Of a stretch of DNA of 64,000 nucleotides, positions 9,923-18,809 are shown one piece after another. The notes below the pieces were generated by a model, which saw only the letters and a program-made list of their open reading frames with translations, did not search any database and was not told where the DNA came from. The DNA comes from Myxococcota bacterium (GTDB lineage: Bacteria > Myxococcota_A > Polyangia > Nannocystales > Nannocystaceae), in contig JBCCWC010000002.1 of NCBI GenBank assembly GCA_039194325.1, forward strand, positions 190,191 through 254,190, read 5' to 3'. The position numbers and the translations under genes were made by a program. The stretch's first letter is position 1, and each line of letters begins with the position of its first letter.

Positions 9923-9960
9923 GCCGTCCGAACACTTCCCAATAGAAAGACAACATCCCA

Positions 9961-10434
9961 ATGAACGACTCTCGTAAGAGCAACCGCCGTAGGCTCGTGT
10001 TGAGCATGTTTTTGCTGGGCGCGGTGATCGTCCCCGCAACGTCTTCGGCCCGGACCCAGCCCGCGAGCCTCGGGCGTGCCGTCTCCAACGCCGACACTGG
10101 CTGCTTCTCGCTGTGGTACAGCACCGTGACCAACAACTGCGGGAGCACTCGGGGCTTCGAGATGCCGCTGGTCATCGACAGCGGTGGCAACAAGACGGTC
10201 TCGGTCACGGCCTACGGCGCGGGCCCCTCGAACAATGTGTGTTGCACCGCTACTGGCGTCAACCGAGAGACCACGTTGGTCTGGGGGAGCGGCGCGGCCC
10301 AGTGCCTGCCGAGCTTTGGCTCGTCGCAGTTCATCACGATGACGGGTGCGCACGTGCCCGGTTGGGGTTACGCCTATGCCACCTGCCAGGTCTCGCCTGG
10401 TGGTCGGGTCAACACCGTCGGTTTCAACGGCTGA
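9961..10434 (+). CDS. Small secreted Cys-rich protein
   Basis: Signal peptide (RRRLVLSMFLLGAVIVPATSSA); 6 Cys in the mature part; beta-strand-like composition. Confidence 0.8.
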   Translation: MNDSRKSNRRRLVLSMFLLGAVIVPATSSARTQPASLGRAVSNADTGCFSLWYSTVTNNCGSTRGFEMPLVIDSGGNKTVSVTAYGAGPSNNVCCTATGVNRETTLVWGSGAAQCLPSFGSSQFITMTGAHVPGWGYAYATCQVSPGGRVNTVGFNG

Positions 10435-10442
10435 TCTGTGCG

Positions 10443-10475
10443 GGCGGGGGCCAGCCGGCCCCCGCCTCTTCTTTT
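10443..10475 (+). terminator. Rho-independent terminator between the two + strand genes
   Basis: GGCGGGGGCC-AGCC-GGCCCCCGCC (10-bp stem) followed by TCTTCTTTT. Confidence 0.75.
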
Positions 10476-10485
10476 GGAGCATGCA

Positions 10486-11229
10486 ATGAAGTCTCGTCTT
10501 CTCCTCTTTGGATGCGCAGCGGTCGCGCTGGTCTCCGTCGTGTCATGGACTCTCTACGATGGTCCCGAGTCGTCCCCCGACCCTTCTGGTGACCAGATGG
10601 CGAGCATGCAGAAGAAGCTTCAGCGGCTCGAACGCGAGGTCTTGAGCTCGGCTGCCTATATGCGTCATGCTCAGCACGCTGCGCTACAGGCACAGCATCA
10701 TTATGAGGAGCGAGCCGCCGAGCATGTCGGCAACGCGCCCGGAGGCGCGCCCGGTCAGCCCACGGCGCCGCAAGAGCCCGCCGAAGACGTCGAAGTCGCA
10801 GACACCACGCCAACCACGCCAACCACGCCAACCACGCCGCAAGGGGCCCCGCCCGACGATCCCGATCCCGTCGTGCTCTCGGAACAACTCGACAGTGCAT
10901 TCTTTGACGAGTCCTCCGATCCACAATGGACTCCCGGAGCCACCGAGACCGCGGAGAGGCTCGCGCTCGCGATGAGTGACAACGCCGACATCACCAACGT
11001 GGAGTGTCGAGCGTCGCTATGTCGTCTCGAGTCGACGTTCTCCGATCTCAAGTCGTTCCAAGAGTCTACCGTGAGTGCCGTGACGGACCCAGACACGGGC
11101 TGGCCCGGACCGTACATGGCCGCGGTGGTCAGCGACCCCCATCATGCGGGAGCCGTCGAGGCCGTCACCTACCTGGCCCGCGAAGGGGTGGATCTATCCC
11201 CGGACGGCATCGCGAGTGCGTATCCGTAG
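10486..11229 (+). CDS. Membrane-anchored hypothetical protein (coiled coil, TTP repeats, VECRxxLCRLE domain)
   Basis: GGAG RBS, N-terminal TM, coiled coil, DPQW...VECRASLCRLE motif. Confidence 0.8.
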   Translation: MKSRLLLFGCAAVALVSVVSWTLYDGPESSPDPSGDQMASMQKKLQRLEREVLSSAAYMRHAQHAALQAQHHYEERAAEHVGNAPGGAPGQPTAPQEPAEDVEVADTTPTTPTTPTTPQGAPPDDPDPVVLSEQLDSAFFDESSDPQWTPGATETAERLALAMSDNADITNVECRASLCRLESTFSDLKSFQESTVSAVTDPDTGWPGPYMAAVVSDPHHAGAVEAVTYLAREGVDLSPDGIASAYP

Positions 11230-11279
11230 ACGAGTATCGCCGACCTTCGAGTTCCCTCGACGTGCTCTCCTGCTTGGGG

Positions 11280-14033
11280 TCAGGAATCCGAGTCGTTGTC
11301 GGTCGAGTTCGTGCTGCCGCGCGCTAGATCCTCGGGTGTCAGCGCGGTCAAGTTGAGGACCGTCATCTCCTCTTCGTCGTCCTCACCGAGGCGCGGCGGT
11401 GGTCCGGTTGGCGGGGGCTTGCTGGAGGCAAGGACGGACGGAGGGTCGGGCAGGGCAACAGGCTCGCTTGGCTCGACGGGAGACGGGAACGAAGATCCCC
11501 CGACGGGAGCGGGTGGTGGGGTCTTGGGCGAGGGCGTCGGCGGCTCACGTTCCGGCGATGCTTTGGTCTCCAGCCGGGCGAGGGCATTGGCGATGTCGGC
11601 CGCGGTCAGTGGCTGGAGTCGAGCGAGCGTGGGTGTATCGTCGTCGCTCATCTCGCCGGCAGCGATCGGGGCGGACGCCGTCGAAGGGACCAGCGTGGGT
11701 TCGGCCTCCTCGGAGGGCCGAGCTCGATGGGGGAGGGTGGTCGCGTTGTGCTCGGCCGACGGCCCGCCGAGCGGCGCCAGGGTCACGTCGTAGTCATCCG
11801 GTCGACCTAGCCGGGGGCCGAGGGTCGGCTCGTCGTACGCTTGGCCGAGCGTGGTTCGAGGCCCGAGGAGCGGAGCATCCGGCTCGACCCGCGGCGGAGG
11901 ATGGTCGTGGTCCACGGGGGGAGGGGGAACTGCATGCGGGGGCTCGTGACCGTCGAGCAGCAGGGTTGGCGGGGCATCGGCCGCCGCAGGCTCGCCATGG
12001 TCTGCCGCGGGGGGCTCCCGAGTTGGCAGGGTCGCGGGCGGCTCACCGGATCCGCTGAGCGTTTGCGGGAGGAAGAAGGCGGTGGGCGCATCGAGCCCGG
12101 CCTGGGAATCCCTGGAGAGCTCGTCGGGTGAGGTCGCCGCAGGGGCGGGCGGATCCGGGGTCGGCACAGAAGGCGACGCGAGACCTTGCTGCGCGCGGGC
12201 GATGTCCTCGGCCGTCAGCGGCTTCATGTGCAGCAAGGTTGCGGGCTCGGGATCATCGTCGTCCACGGGGCCCGAGTCATCCGCATCGTCTTCGTCGTAG
12301 ATCAGCGCGGAGATCGACTGCGATCCGGCGTTGGACGGCGGCGCGCTCGGCCCTGGGGGCGGCATCGTGGTGGCATCCTCGCTCGAGTGTGACTCGTGCG
12401 GCGGGAGCTGCGACTGAGGCAGGTAGAAGGCGGTCGTGACCGGCGGGTTGTCCTCGTTGAGCTCGACCGACGGGTTGCTCGGGATGCTCGGGGTGCTCGG
12501 GATGCTCGGGGTGCTCGGGACGGACGCGCCCGGTGGTGGCACCGTGGGTGCGTCGTCGTCGGGCTCGGGCGTGGGCTGGGCGACCGCGTCGGGTTGGTGA
12601 CGACGCTCGGGCAGCGTCGGCGCGTCGAGGCTGGCGTCGCTCATCTCGTCGGGTCGGTGACGACGCTCGGGCCGCGTTGGCACATCCATGGTGGCCTCGC
12701 TGGCCTCGTTGGCCTCGTCGGCTTGGCCCGTGATCATCAGCGCTTCGAGCAGATCGCTGGCATCCAACGAGATCGTTGACTCACCGGCGTGCACCTTGTT
12801 GGCCGAAGGCGGGCGAGCGCCGGGGGGAGGAGGAGGCGGAGGCGGAGGACCCGGGGGGTGGGCTGCCGGGCCCGGGCTCGCCGGTTGCCGATCGTCGAGG
12901 ATCAGATCGCTGATCTGTAGGGTCAGGGTGCCTCCCGCTCCGGTGAGCTCGATCCCGCCGCTCGGCCCCGAGGGTGCCGATGTCTGCAAGGAGTTCTCGT
13001 CCAGCACCAGGTCGGCGATGCTGAGCACTACCGTGCCTTCCGGTGCGGCCGCGCGGTGGCCCGATGGATCCCCGGCCTGCATCGGCGGGGCGGGGCGGGG
13101 GATCTCCAGGGAGTTGAGCGAGCGCAAGAAGCCCAGATCGGTGGGCCGCCAGTAGCGGGCGTGGTTGACGATCGCGTCGGCCTTGTCGGCCTGCCCGGTG
13201 ACGCCCAGCTCTTCGACCAGCCGCTCGAGCACCGACAGTGACTTGTCGGTGCGTCCGATCGCCGCGAACGCTTGGGCGAGGATCTCGTAGCCCACGATGT
13301 CGCCGGGGCTCACCTGGGTGAGCTGCCCCAGCGTGCGGACGGCGTCTTGCGGTCGGTTTAGCTCGAGGTACACGCGGGGCAGGTCGCGAAGGGTCTGCAC
13401 GTCGCTCGGCTCGATGTCGAGGATCTGGGACGCGATCTCGACGTAGTCGTCGTAGCGCTTGGCCTGGATGAGCAGGTTGCCGGCGTCGCTCAGCGCTTCG
13501 ATCGCCTCGCGGTTCATGTGGCGACTGAGATAGATCCGGGCCAGCTGGATCCGCACCTCTGGGTTTTGCGGGTCGAGCTCTGCGCCCAGGCGCAGCATCT
13601 GGAGGCCGTCGGTCTGGCGGCCTGCGGCCAGGTGGGCCTCGGCCGCCTTGGCGCACACCGCTCGCGCCTGTCGGCCGATCCGACGCACCATGGGGCCCAC
13701 GGACATGTACACGAAGGCGTGAGGCGCGATGCCGAGGATCCGATCGCAGATCGCCAGGCACTCCGGTTGGTGCCCCCGGGCGGCATAGGCCTGGGCCACC
13801 ATCAGGTAGTGCTCGGCCGCCGTGGCGGGCTGCCCTAGCGCCACCAGGCACTCGGCCAGCTGCATGCGGATCCCATACTTGGATGGATCTTGCTCGAGCG
13901 CAGCGCCATAGTACTGCGCGGCCATGTCGACCCGCCCCGCGGCTTGCCACTGCGCTGCTTGGGCGGTGAGCTGTTCGACCTGCGTCACCCGCGCGAGCCT
14001 ACCATCGACACTGGGTTCGATGACACCTCGCAT
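11280..14033 (-). CDS. TPR protein with long acidic/Pro-rich disordered C-terminus
   Basis: About 300 aa of TPR-like helices (AAQYYGAALEQDPSK, GAELDPQNPEVRIQLARIYL), then low-complexity tail; start at 14033 or GTG 13988. Confidence 0.85.
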   Translation of the reverse strand: MRGVIEPSVDGRLARVTQVEQLTAQAAQWQAAGRVDMAAQYYGAALEQDPSKYGIRMQLAECLVALGQPATAAEHYLMVAQAYAARGHQPECLAICDRILGIAPHAFVYMSVGPMVRRIGRQARAVCAKAAEAHLAAGRQTDGLQMLRLGAELDPQNPEVRIQLARIYLSRHMNREAIEALSDAGNLLIQAKRYDDYVEIASQILDIEPSDVQTLRDLPRVYLELNRPQDAVRTLGQLTQVSPGDIVGYEILAQAFAAIGRTDKSLSVLERLVEELGVTGQADKADAIVNHARYWRPTDLGFLRSLNSLEIPRPAPPMQAGDPSGHRAAAPEGTVVLSIADLVLDENSLQTSAPSGPSGGIELTGAGGTLTLQISDLILDDRQPASPGPAAHPPGPPPPPPPPPGARPPSANKVHAGESTISLDASDLLEALMITGQADEANEASEATMDVPTRPERRHRPDEMSDASLDAPTLPERRHQPDAVAQPTPEPDDDAPTVPPPGASVPSTPSIPSTPSIPSNPSVELNEDNPPVTTAFYLPQSQLPPHESHSSEDATTMPPPGPSAPPSNAGSQSISALIYDEDDADDSGPVDDDDPEPATLLHMKPLTAEDIARAQQGLASPSVPTPDPPAPAATSPDELSRDSQAGLDAPTAFFLPQTLSGSGEPPATLPTREPPAADHGEPAAADAPPTLLLDGHEPPHAVPPPPVDHDHPPPRVEPDAPLLGPRTTLGQAYDEPTLGPRLGRPDDYDVTLAPLGGPSAEHNATTLPHRARPSEEAEPTLVPSTASAPIAAGEMSDDDTPTLARLQPLTAADIANALARLETKASPEREPPTPSPKTPPPAPVGGSSFPSPVEPSEPVALPDPPSVLASSKPPPTGPPPRLGEDDEEEMTVLNLTALTPEDLARGSTNSTDNDSDS

Positions 14034-14049
14034 CGCGCGGCGGCTCACG

Positions 14050-14292
14050 CTAGTCGATGCACACTCGGGTCTTTGCGCCGGCGCCCTCGCGATCCTCGTT
14101 CTTGCACTCGTAGCCGCCGCGGCACTCGCCGTCGTATTCACAGGCGAGTAGGCAGACCCCGCCCTTCTTGTCGATGCACGAGGAGCCTCCGGGACAGTCA
14201 CGATCGTCTCGGCACTCGACCGTGCACGTCCCGTCGGGGAAGTCGCCTCCTTCGACGCATCGCTCTGCGCAGTCGCAGTCATCCGCGCCCAT
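14050..14292 (-). CDS. 80-aa Cys-rich mini-protein or 5'-truncated lipoprotein remnant
   Basis: 11 Cys in CxxDxDC/EC-type repeats; good codon bias; no signal peptide, in-frame TGA four codons upstream of the ATG. Confidence 0.55.
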   Translation of the reverse strand: MGADDCDCAERCVEGGDFPDGTCTVECRDDRDCPGGSSCIDKKGGVCLLACEYDGECRGGYECKNEDREGAGAKTRVCID

Positions 14293-14362
14293 CCGTCGTT
14301 CTCACCCCGATCTCGCGAGTTTCGTGGTCTGCGCGTCCCATGTATCCTCCGTTGCGCTGCTC

Positions 14363-16561
14363 GTGCTCGTCTCGCCCGCTCGTTTGTTGTCGTTGCTACT
14401 GGGATCGTTCGTGCTGCTACTGGGCGCGGTCGCGGAGGCCGCAGAGCCGATCCGCCTGTGGCACGCCTACCGGGGGGCCGAAGAGGAGGCGTTGGTCCGT
14501 GTGCTCGCGAGCTTCGACCAGGCGCCCGTCGAGCCGCTGGCGATCCCCTATGACGCGTTCGGGTCGAAGTTGGCCGCGGCCATTCCTCTGGGCGAGGGGC
14601 CCGATCTCTACATCGATATGCACGAGCGCCTCGGCGACTATCGGCGCCGCAAGATCGTCGCGCCGGTGGGCGATGCCCTGCAGCCGGGCGTCTTCGACGA
14701 GGTCGCGCTTCGGGCGGTGTTGCTGGACGGCGAGGCCTATGCCGTGCCCCTATCGCGCAAGTCGGTCGCGCTCTACGTCAACACCGCGCTCGTCTCCGAG
14801 GTTCCGCCGACCCTCGAAGGCATCATGGCCTTGGCGCCCACCTTGCCGCCCGGGGTGTTTGCCTACGCCTACGAGGCCAAGAAGGCCTACTCGCACGCGC
14901 CGCTGCTGCACGCCTTCGGCGGCCGCTTGCTCGCCGACGACGATAGCTTCGGCTTCGTCGGTCCCGAGGCCGAGGCCTCGCTGCGCTTGGCGGTTCAGAT
15001 GGTCGAGCGGGGGGTCGTGCCCGCCAACGCCGACGGCGGCCTGGTCACCAACCTCTTCAAGTCGGGGCAGGCCGCCCTGGCCGCCAGCGGACCTTGGCTC
15101 GCTGCCGATCTCGATGACGTAGTCCCCTACCGGGTGCAGCCCCTGCCCGTGCTGGAGGCCACCGGGGAGCCCCTGCGACCCTTCCTCTCTGTGGAGGCGG
15201 TGATGCTCTCGCCTCACGGTGCGCCTCGGCCCGAGGTGCGAGCGCTGGCCCGTCACCTCGCCGGGGCGCCGGCGGCCGCGATCCGACAGACGCGGGCCCG
15301 GACGCTCACCGCTCGCACCGACGTGCCGATCCCTCCCGACGATCCGCTGCTGGCCGCGTTTGCCCAGCAGGCCCAGGTCGCCATTCCCATGCCCACCTCG
15401 CCGGCCATGCGCTCCACCTTCGAGCCGGCCGATCGGGCGATCGCCAAGGTCCTCCGCGGTCAGGCCGAGCCCGCCGACGCTCTTGTCGAAGCGCAGCATC
15501 GTTTTGACGACGTTCGCCGTCCGCCGCCGCCGCCCGCCTCGCCGTGGCCTGTCTTGCTGGGGTTGGGCGTGCTGTCGCTGTGGGGGGCGCTGGTGCTCGT
15601 GCAGCGCGCCCGGCAGCCGCAGCTCCGCGAGCGCCTGCGCCGGTCGCTGCCCGCCTATCGCTACGTGGCCCACGCCGTCCTCGCGGTAGGCGTGTTGGTG
15701 ATCCTTCCCTTGGCCGTGGGCGCCGCCACCTCGCTCTTTGCCGGCCCCGCCGGCGAGGTGGAGTATGTGGGCGTTGCCAACTTCGTCGAGATCCTCAGCG
15801 CGCGCGGAGGGCCGCTGTTGGCCACCGGCTCGTTCTACCTGGTGTTGCTGGTGACGCTCTTGTGGACCGTGGTCAACGTGGCGTTTCACCTGGGACTGGG
15901 CCTTGGCTTGGGCCTTGTGCTCTCGCGCCCGCTGCTGCGCCTGCGGGCCGTCTACCGGGTGCTGCTCATCATCCCCTGGGCCGTGCCCAGCTACGTCACC
16001 GCGCTGGCGTGGAAGGGCATGTTCGACCAGCAATATGGGGCGATCACCGGGATCATCCTCGCCCTCAACGACGCCTTCGGGCTCACCCTGGAGCCGATCG
16101 CCTGGTTCTCCTCGTTCTCTACCGCCTTCACCGCCAATGCGGCCACCAACATCTGGCTGGGCTTTCCCTTCATGATGGTGGTGACGATCGGGGCCCTGAC
16201 CGCGGTGCCCCGCGACGTGCTCGAGGCGGCCGAGGTCGACGGGGCCACCCGGTGGCAGCGGCTGACCCGGGTCGTGCTGCCGATGATCCGCCCCACCATG
16301 ATGCCCTCGATCACCTTGGGGGCTATTTGGACCTTCAACATGTTCAACGTGGTGTTCCTGGTCTCCGGCGGCGACCCCGATGGCAGCACCGACATCCTCG
16401 TGTCCGAGGCCTACCGCTGGGCCTTCACCCGCGAGGCCCAGTATGGCTATGCGGCCGCCTATGCGGTGCTGATCTTCTTGCTGCTGATGTTCACCACCCG
16501 CCTGCTCGAGCGCACGCGGGGCCGCTGGGATCGCAGCGGCCGGGGCGGGGGAGACGACTAG
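14363..16561 (+). CDS. Maltose/maltodextrin-type solute-binding protein fused to MalF-like ABC permease
   Basis: IRLWHAY, GPDLYI, YAVP, SGPW (MalE-like), then YRVLLIIPWAVP, NIWLGFPFMM, EAAEVDGAT (EAA loop); start approximate. Confidence 0.9.
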   Translation: MLVSPARLLSLLLGSFVLLLGAVAEAAEPIRLWHAYRGAEEEALVRVLASFDQAPVEPLAIPYDAFGSKLAAAIPLGEGPDLYIDMHERLGDYRRRKIVAPVGDALQPGVFDEVALRAVLLDGEAYAVPLSRKSVALYVNTALVSEVPPTLEGIMALAPTLPPGVFAYAYEAKKAYSHAPLLHAFGGRLLADDDSFGFVGPEAEASLRLAVQMVERGVVPANADGGLVTNLFKSGQAALAASGPWLAADLDDVVPYRVQPLPVLEATGEPLRPFLSVEAVMLSPHGAPRPEVRALARHLAGAPAAAIRQTRARTLTARTDVPIPPDDPLLAAFAQQAQVAIPMPTSPAMRSTFEPADRAIAKVLRGQAEPADALVEAQHRFDDVRRPPPPPASPWPVLLGLGVLSLWGALVLVQRARQPQLRERLRRSLPAYRYVAHAVLAVGVLVILPLAVGAATSLFAGPAGEVEYVGVANFVEILSARGGPLLATGSFYLVLLVTLLWTVVNVAFHLGLGLGLGLVLSRPLLRLRAVYRVLLIIPWAVPSYVTALAWKGMFDQQYGAITGIILALNDAFGLTLEPIAWFSSFSTAFTANAATNIWLGFPFMMVVTIGALTAVPRDVLEAAEVDGATRWQRLTRVVLPMIRPTMMPSITLGAIWTFNMFNVVFLVSGGDPDGSTDILVSEAYRWAFTREAQYGYAAAYAVLIFLLLMFTTRLLERTRGRWDRSGRGGGDD

Positions 16562-16562
16562 C

Positions 16563-17426
16563 ATGGGGCGCACGGCCAGCCTGTCCGAGCGGATCGCGGT
16601 GCACGGGGTGCTCGTGCTCGCGGTGGCCTTTGCCCTCTATCCCGTGCTCTGGGTGGTGGCCACCGCCCTGTCCGGCTCGCTCACCCCCGAGCCGCGGGCC
16701 TTGCCCCTGCCGCAGGCCCCCACCCTCGAGCACCTCGACGCGGTGGTCCTCTCCGAGCGCCAGCTCTCCGACGGCACCTCGATCTGGTTGTTTGGGCGGC
16801 AGCTGCTCAACTCGCTGGTGGTCTCGACCGCCACCGCGGTCACCGGGGTGGTGATCGCGATCCCCACCGCCTATGCGTTGGCTCGGTTCTCGTTTCTGGG
16901 CAAGGCGGCCGGCGTGCGAGCGCTGCTGGCCACCCAGATGTTCCCCGCGGTGGCCAGCGCGATCCCGCTCTATCTCATCCTCGACGCGCTCGGCCTGCTC
17001 AACTCCCGGACCGGGCTGGTGCTGTGCTACGCGAGCACCTCGGTGCCCTTTGCGATCTTCCAGCTACGGGCCGCCTTCGAGGCGATCCCCGTCGATCTCG
17101 AGGAGGCGGCCATGGTCGACGGGGCCACCCGCTTTCAGGCCTTCCGCAAGGTCGTGCTGCCGGTGGCCCGCCCCGCAATCGCGGTGACCGCCTTGTTCGC
17201 GTTCATGAGCGCATACAACGAGTTCATCCTCGCCGCCACCCTGCTCGACGACGAGACCATGTTCACCCTGCCGGTGATGCTCCAGCGCTTCATCGGCGAG
17301 TACGACGCCCAATGGGACAAGTTTGCCGCCGGAGCGCTGGTGGTCTCGCTACCGGTGATGGGGCTGTTCTATCTGGTGCAGCGGCATCTGGTGGCGGGGC
17401 TGGCCTCTGGCGGCGTCAAGGGGTGA
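16563..17426 (+). CDS. Sugar ABC transporter permease (MalG-like)
   Basis: NSLVVS, AYALARF, QMFP, LEEAAMVDGAT, LVAGLASGGVKG. Confidence 0.93.
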   Translation: MGRTASLSERIAVHGVLVLAVAFALYPVLWVVATALSGSLTPEPRALPLPQAPTLEHLDAVVLSERQLSDGTSIWLFGRQLLNSLVVSTATAVTGVVIAIPTAYALARFSFLGKAAGVRALLATQMFPAVASAIPLYLILDALGLLNSRTGLVLCYASTSVPFAIFQLRAAFEAIPVDLEEAAMVDGATRFQAFRKVVLPVARPAIAVTALFAFMSAYNEFILAATLLDDETMFTLPVMLQRFIGEYDAQWDKFAAGALVVSLPVMGLFYLVQRHLVAGLASGGVKG

Positions 17427-17481
17427 GCCTTCATGCCGAGGCCGGCTGGGCAAGTGTGCTCGTCTTGGGCCACCATGAGGT

Positions 17482-18630
17482 ATGCCTCGCTGTCCGATTG
17501 CTCGTCCCTTCGGCCCTGGATCTGATCGTGTACGGTTTGGTCGGGCGCTCGTCTCGACCGGCTTCGGGGTGGCGCTGAGCTCGTTGGCCTGCAACCCTCT
17601 GGTCGACCCGGGTGAGCAGTCGGGGACGGGGGGCAGCACCACAGGTAACCGGCCCGATCCCTCGCCATCGACGGGTCTATCGCTGAGCACCGCGTCGTCG
17701 ACCGGTGGGGCGTTGACCGGTGGGGTGTCGACCACCGCGATGGCCGACGGGACCGGATCGACGACCATGGAATCGACGACCATGGATCCGGGGCCCTTGA
17801 TGGACATGGGCGCTCCAGACGTGCCCGCGGTCGAGCCCGAGCCGTGTAACGCCGTCGACATCCTGTTCGTGATCGATAACTCGCTGTCGATGGCCGATTA
17901 TCAGGCTCAGCTGGCGACCCCCTGGCCCGGCTTTGTCGGCAATCTGTGGGCCACCCTGCCCGAGGGCACCAGCGTGCACGCGGGTCTGACGACCACCTCG
18001 TTCTTCAACGGACCGTGCTCGGAGAGCACATTGAATTGCGTGAGCGCGTCGACGAAGGCCGAGATCCTCGCGCACTACATCACTCCCGACGTGGCCAACA
18101 CCGGAGTCAACGGCCAGCAGGGGCGGTTGTTCGAGTGGGACGGGCAGCGCTACTTCTCCGCGTCTGCGGGCGACGGTGACAGCGGCCTCGAGCAGTGGCT
18201 GTCTGAGGCCATGGTGGCGATAGGGGAGGTGGGGTGCAGCTTCGAGATGATGTCGGCCGGGGCGGGCTACGCCTTGCACCCGGCCAACGCCGGGTTCAAC
18301 GCGGGGTTCTTGCGGGACGAAGGTGCGGTGCTGGTGCTCGTGGTGCTCTCCGACGAGCCGGACAAGTCGCCCGAGGGTGCGGTCGCCTACTACGACATGA
18401 TCGTCGACGCCAAGGCCGGTTGCGGTGGCGATCCATGTGTCGTCGTCACGGGCTTGGTCGATCCGTGCATCGAAGGGGTGAACGACGAGCTTTGGCAGTT
18501 CATCGGCCTCTTCTCGAACGTCCTGCCTCTGGGCAACATCGCGGTGCCGGGCGACTATGGGCAGGTGCTCGGTCCCACGCTCGCGCAGGCGATCGGTGAT
18601 TCCTGTCAGCAGATCCCCTCCACCCGTTGA
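17482..18630 (+). CDS. vWA-like lipoprotein, paralog 1
   Basis: Lipobox SLAC, S/T linker, VDILFVIDNSLSM (DxSxS), FLRDEGAVLVLVVLSDEPD. Confidence 0.85.
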   Translation: MPRCPIARPFGPGSDRVRFGRALVSTGFGVALSSLACNPLVDPGEQSGTGGSTTGNRPDPSPSTGLSLSTASSTGGALTGGVSTTAMADGTGSTTMESTTMDPGPLMDMGAPDVPAVEPEPCNAVDILFVIDNSLSMADYQAQLATPWPGFVGNLWATLPEGTSVHAGLTTTSFFNGPCSESTLNCVSASTKAEILAHYITPDVANTGVNGQQGRLFEWDGQRYFSASAGDGDSGLEQWLSEAMVAIGEVGCSFEMMSAGAGYALHPANAGFNAGFLRDEGAVLVLVVLSDEPDKSPEGAVAYYDMIVDAKAGCGGDPCVVVTGLVDPCIEGVNDELWQFIGLFSNVLPLGNIAVPGDYGQVLGPTLAQAIGDSCQQIPSTR

Positions 18631-18809
18631 GGCTGAGGGCGAGCGAGCGAGCGAGCGAGACAGAGACGGGCAGGCGCGCAACGAGTGGTCGGTTGGGTCT
18701 GATGGCCGGCGGGTCCCATGGGGAGTCCTGCCTCGTGACTGAGGCAAATTTCAACGAATGCGGAGGCTTCGGTCATCGATCGAACACGGATCCCGATCTT
18801 TGCTTCACA

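Noticed and set aside
10805..10838. 9-bp repeats here, plus repeats at 26517-26560, 28795-28845 and 51497-51600
   Set aside because: In-frame low-complexity linkers (TTP, DT, SATGT, STTTSG), explained by the proteins.
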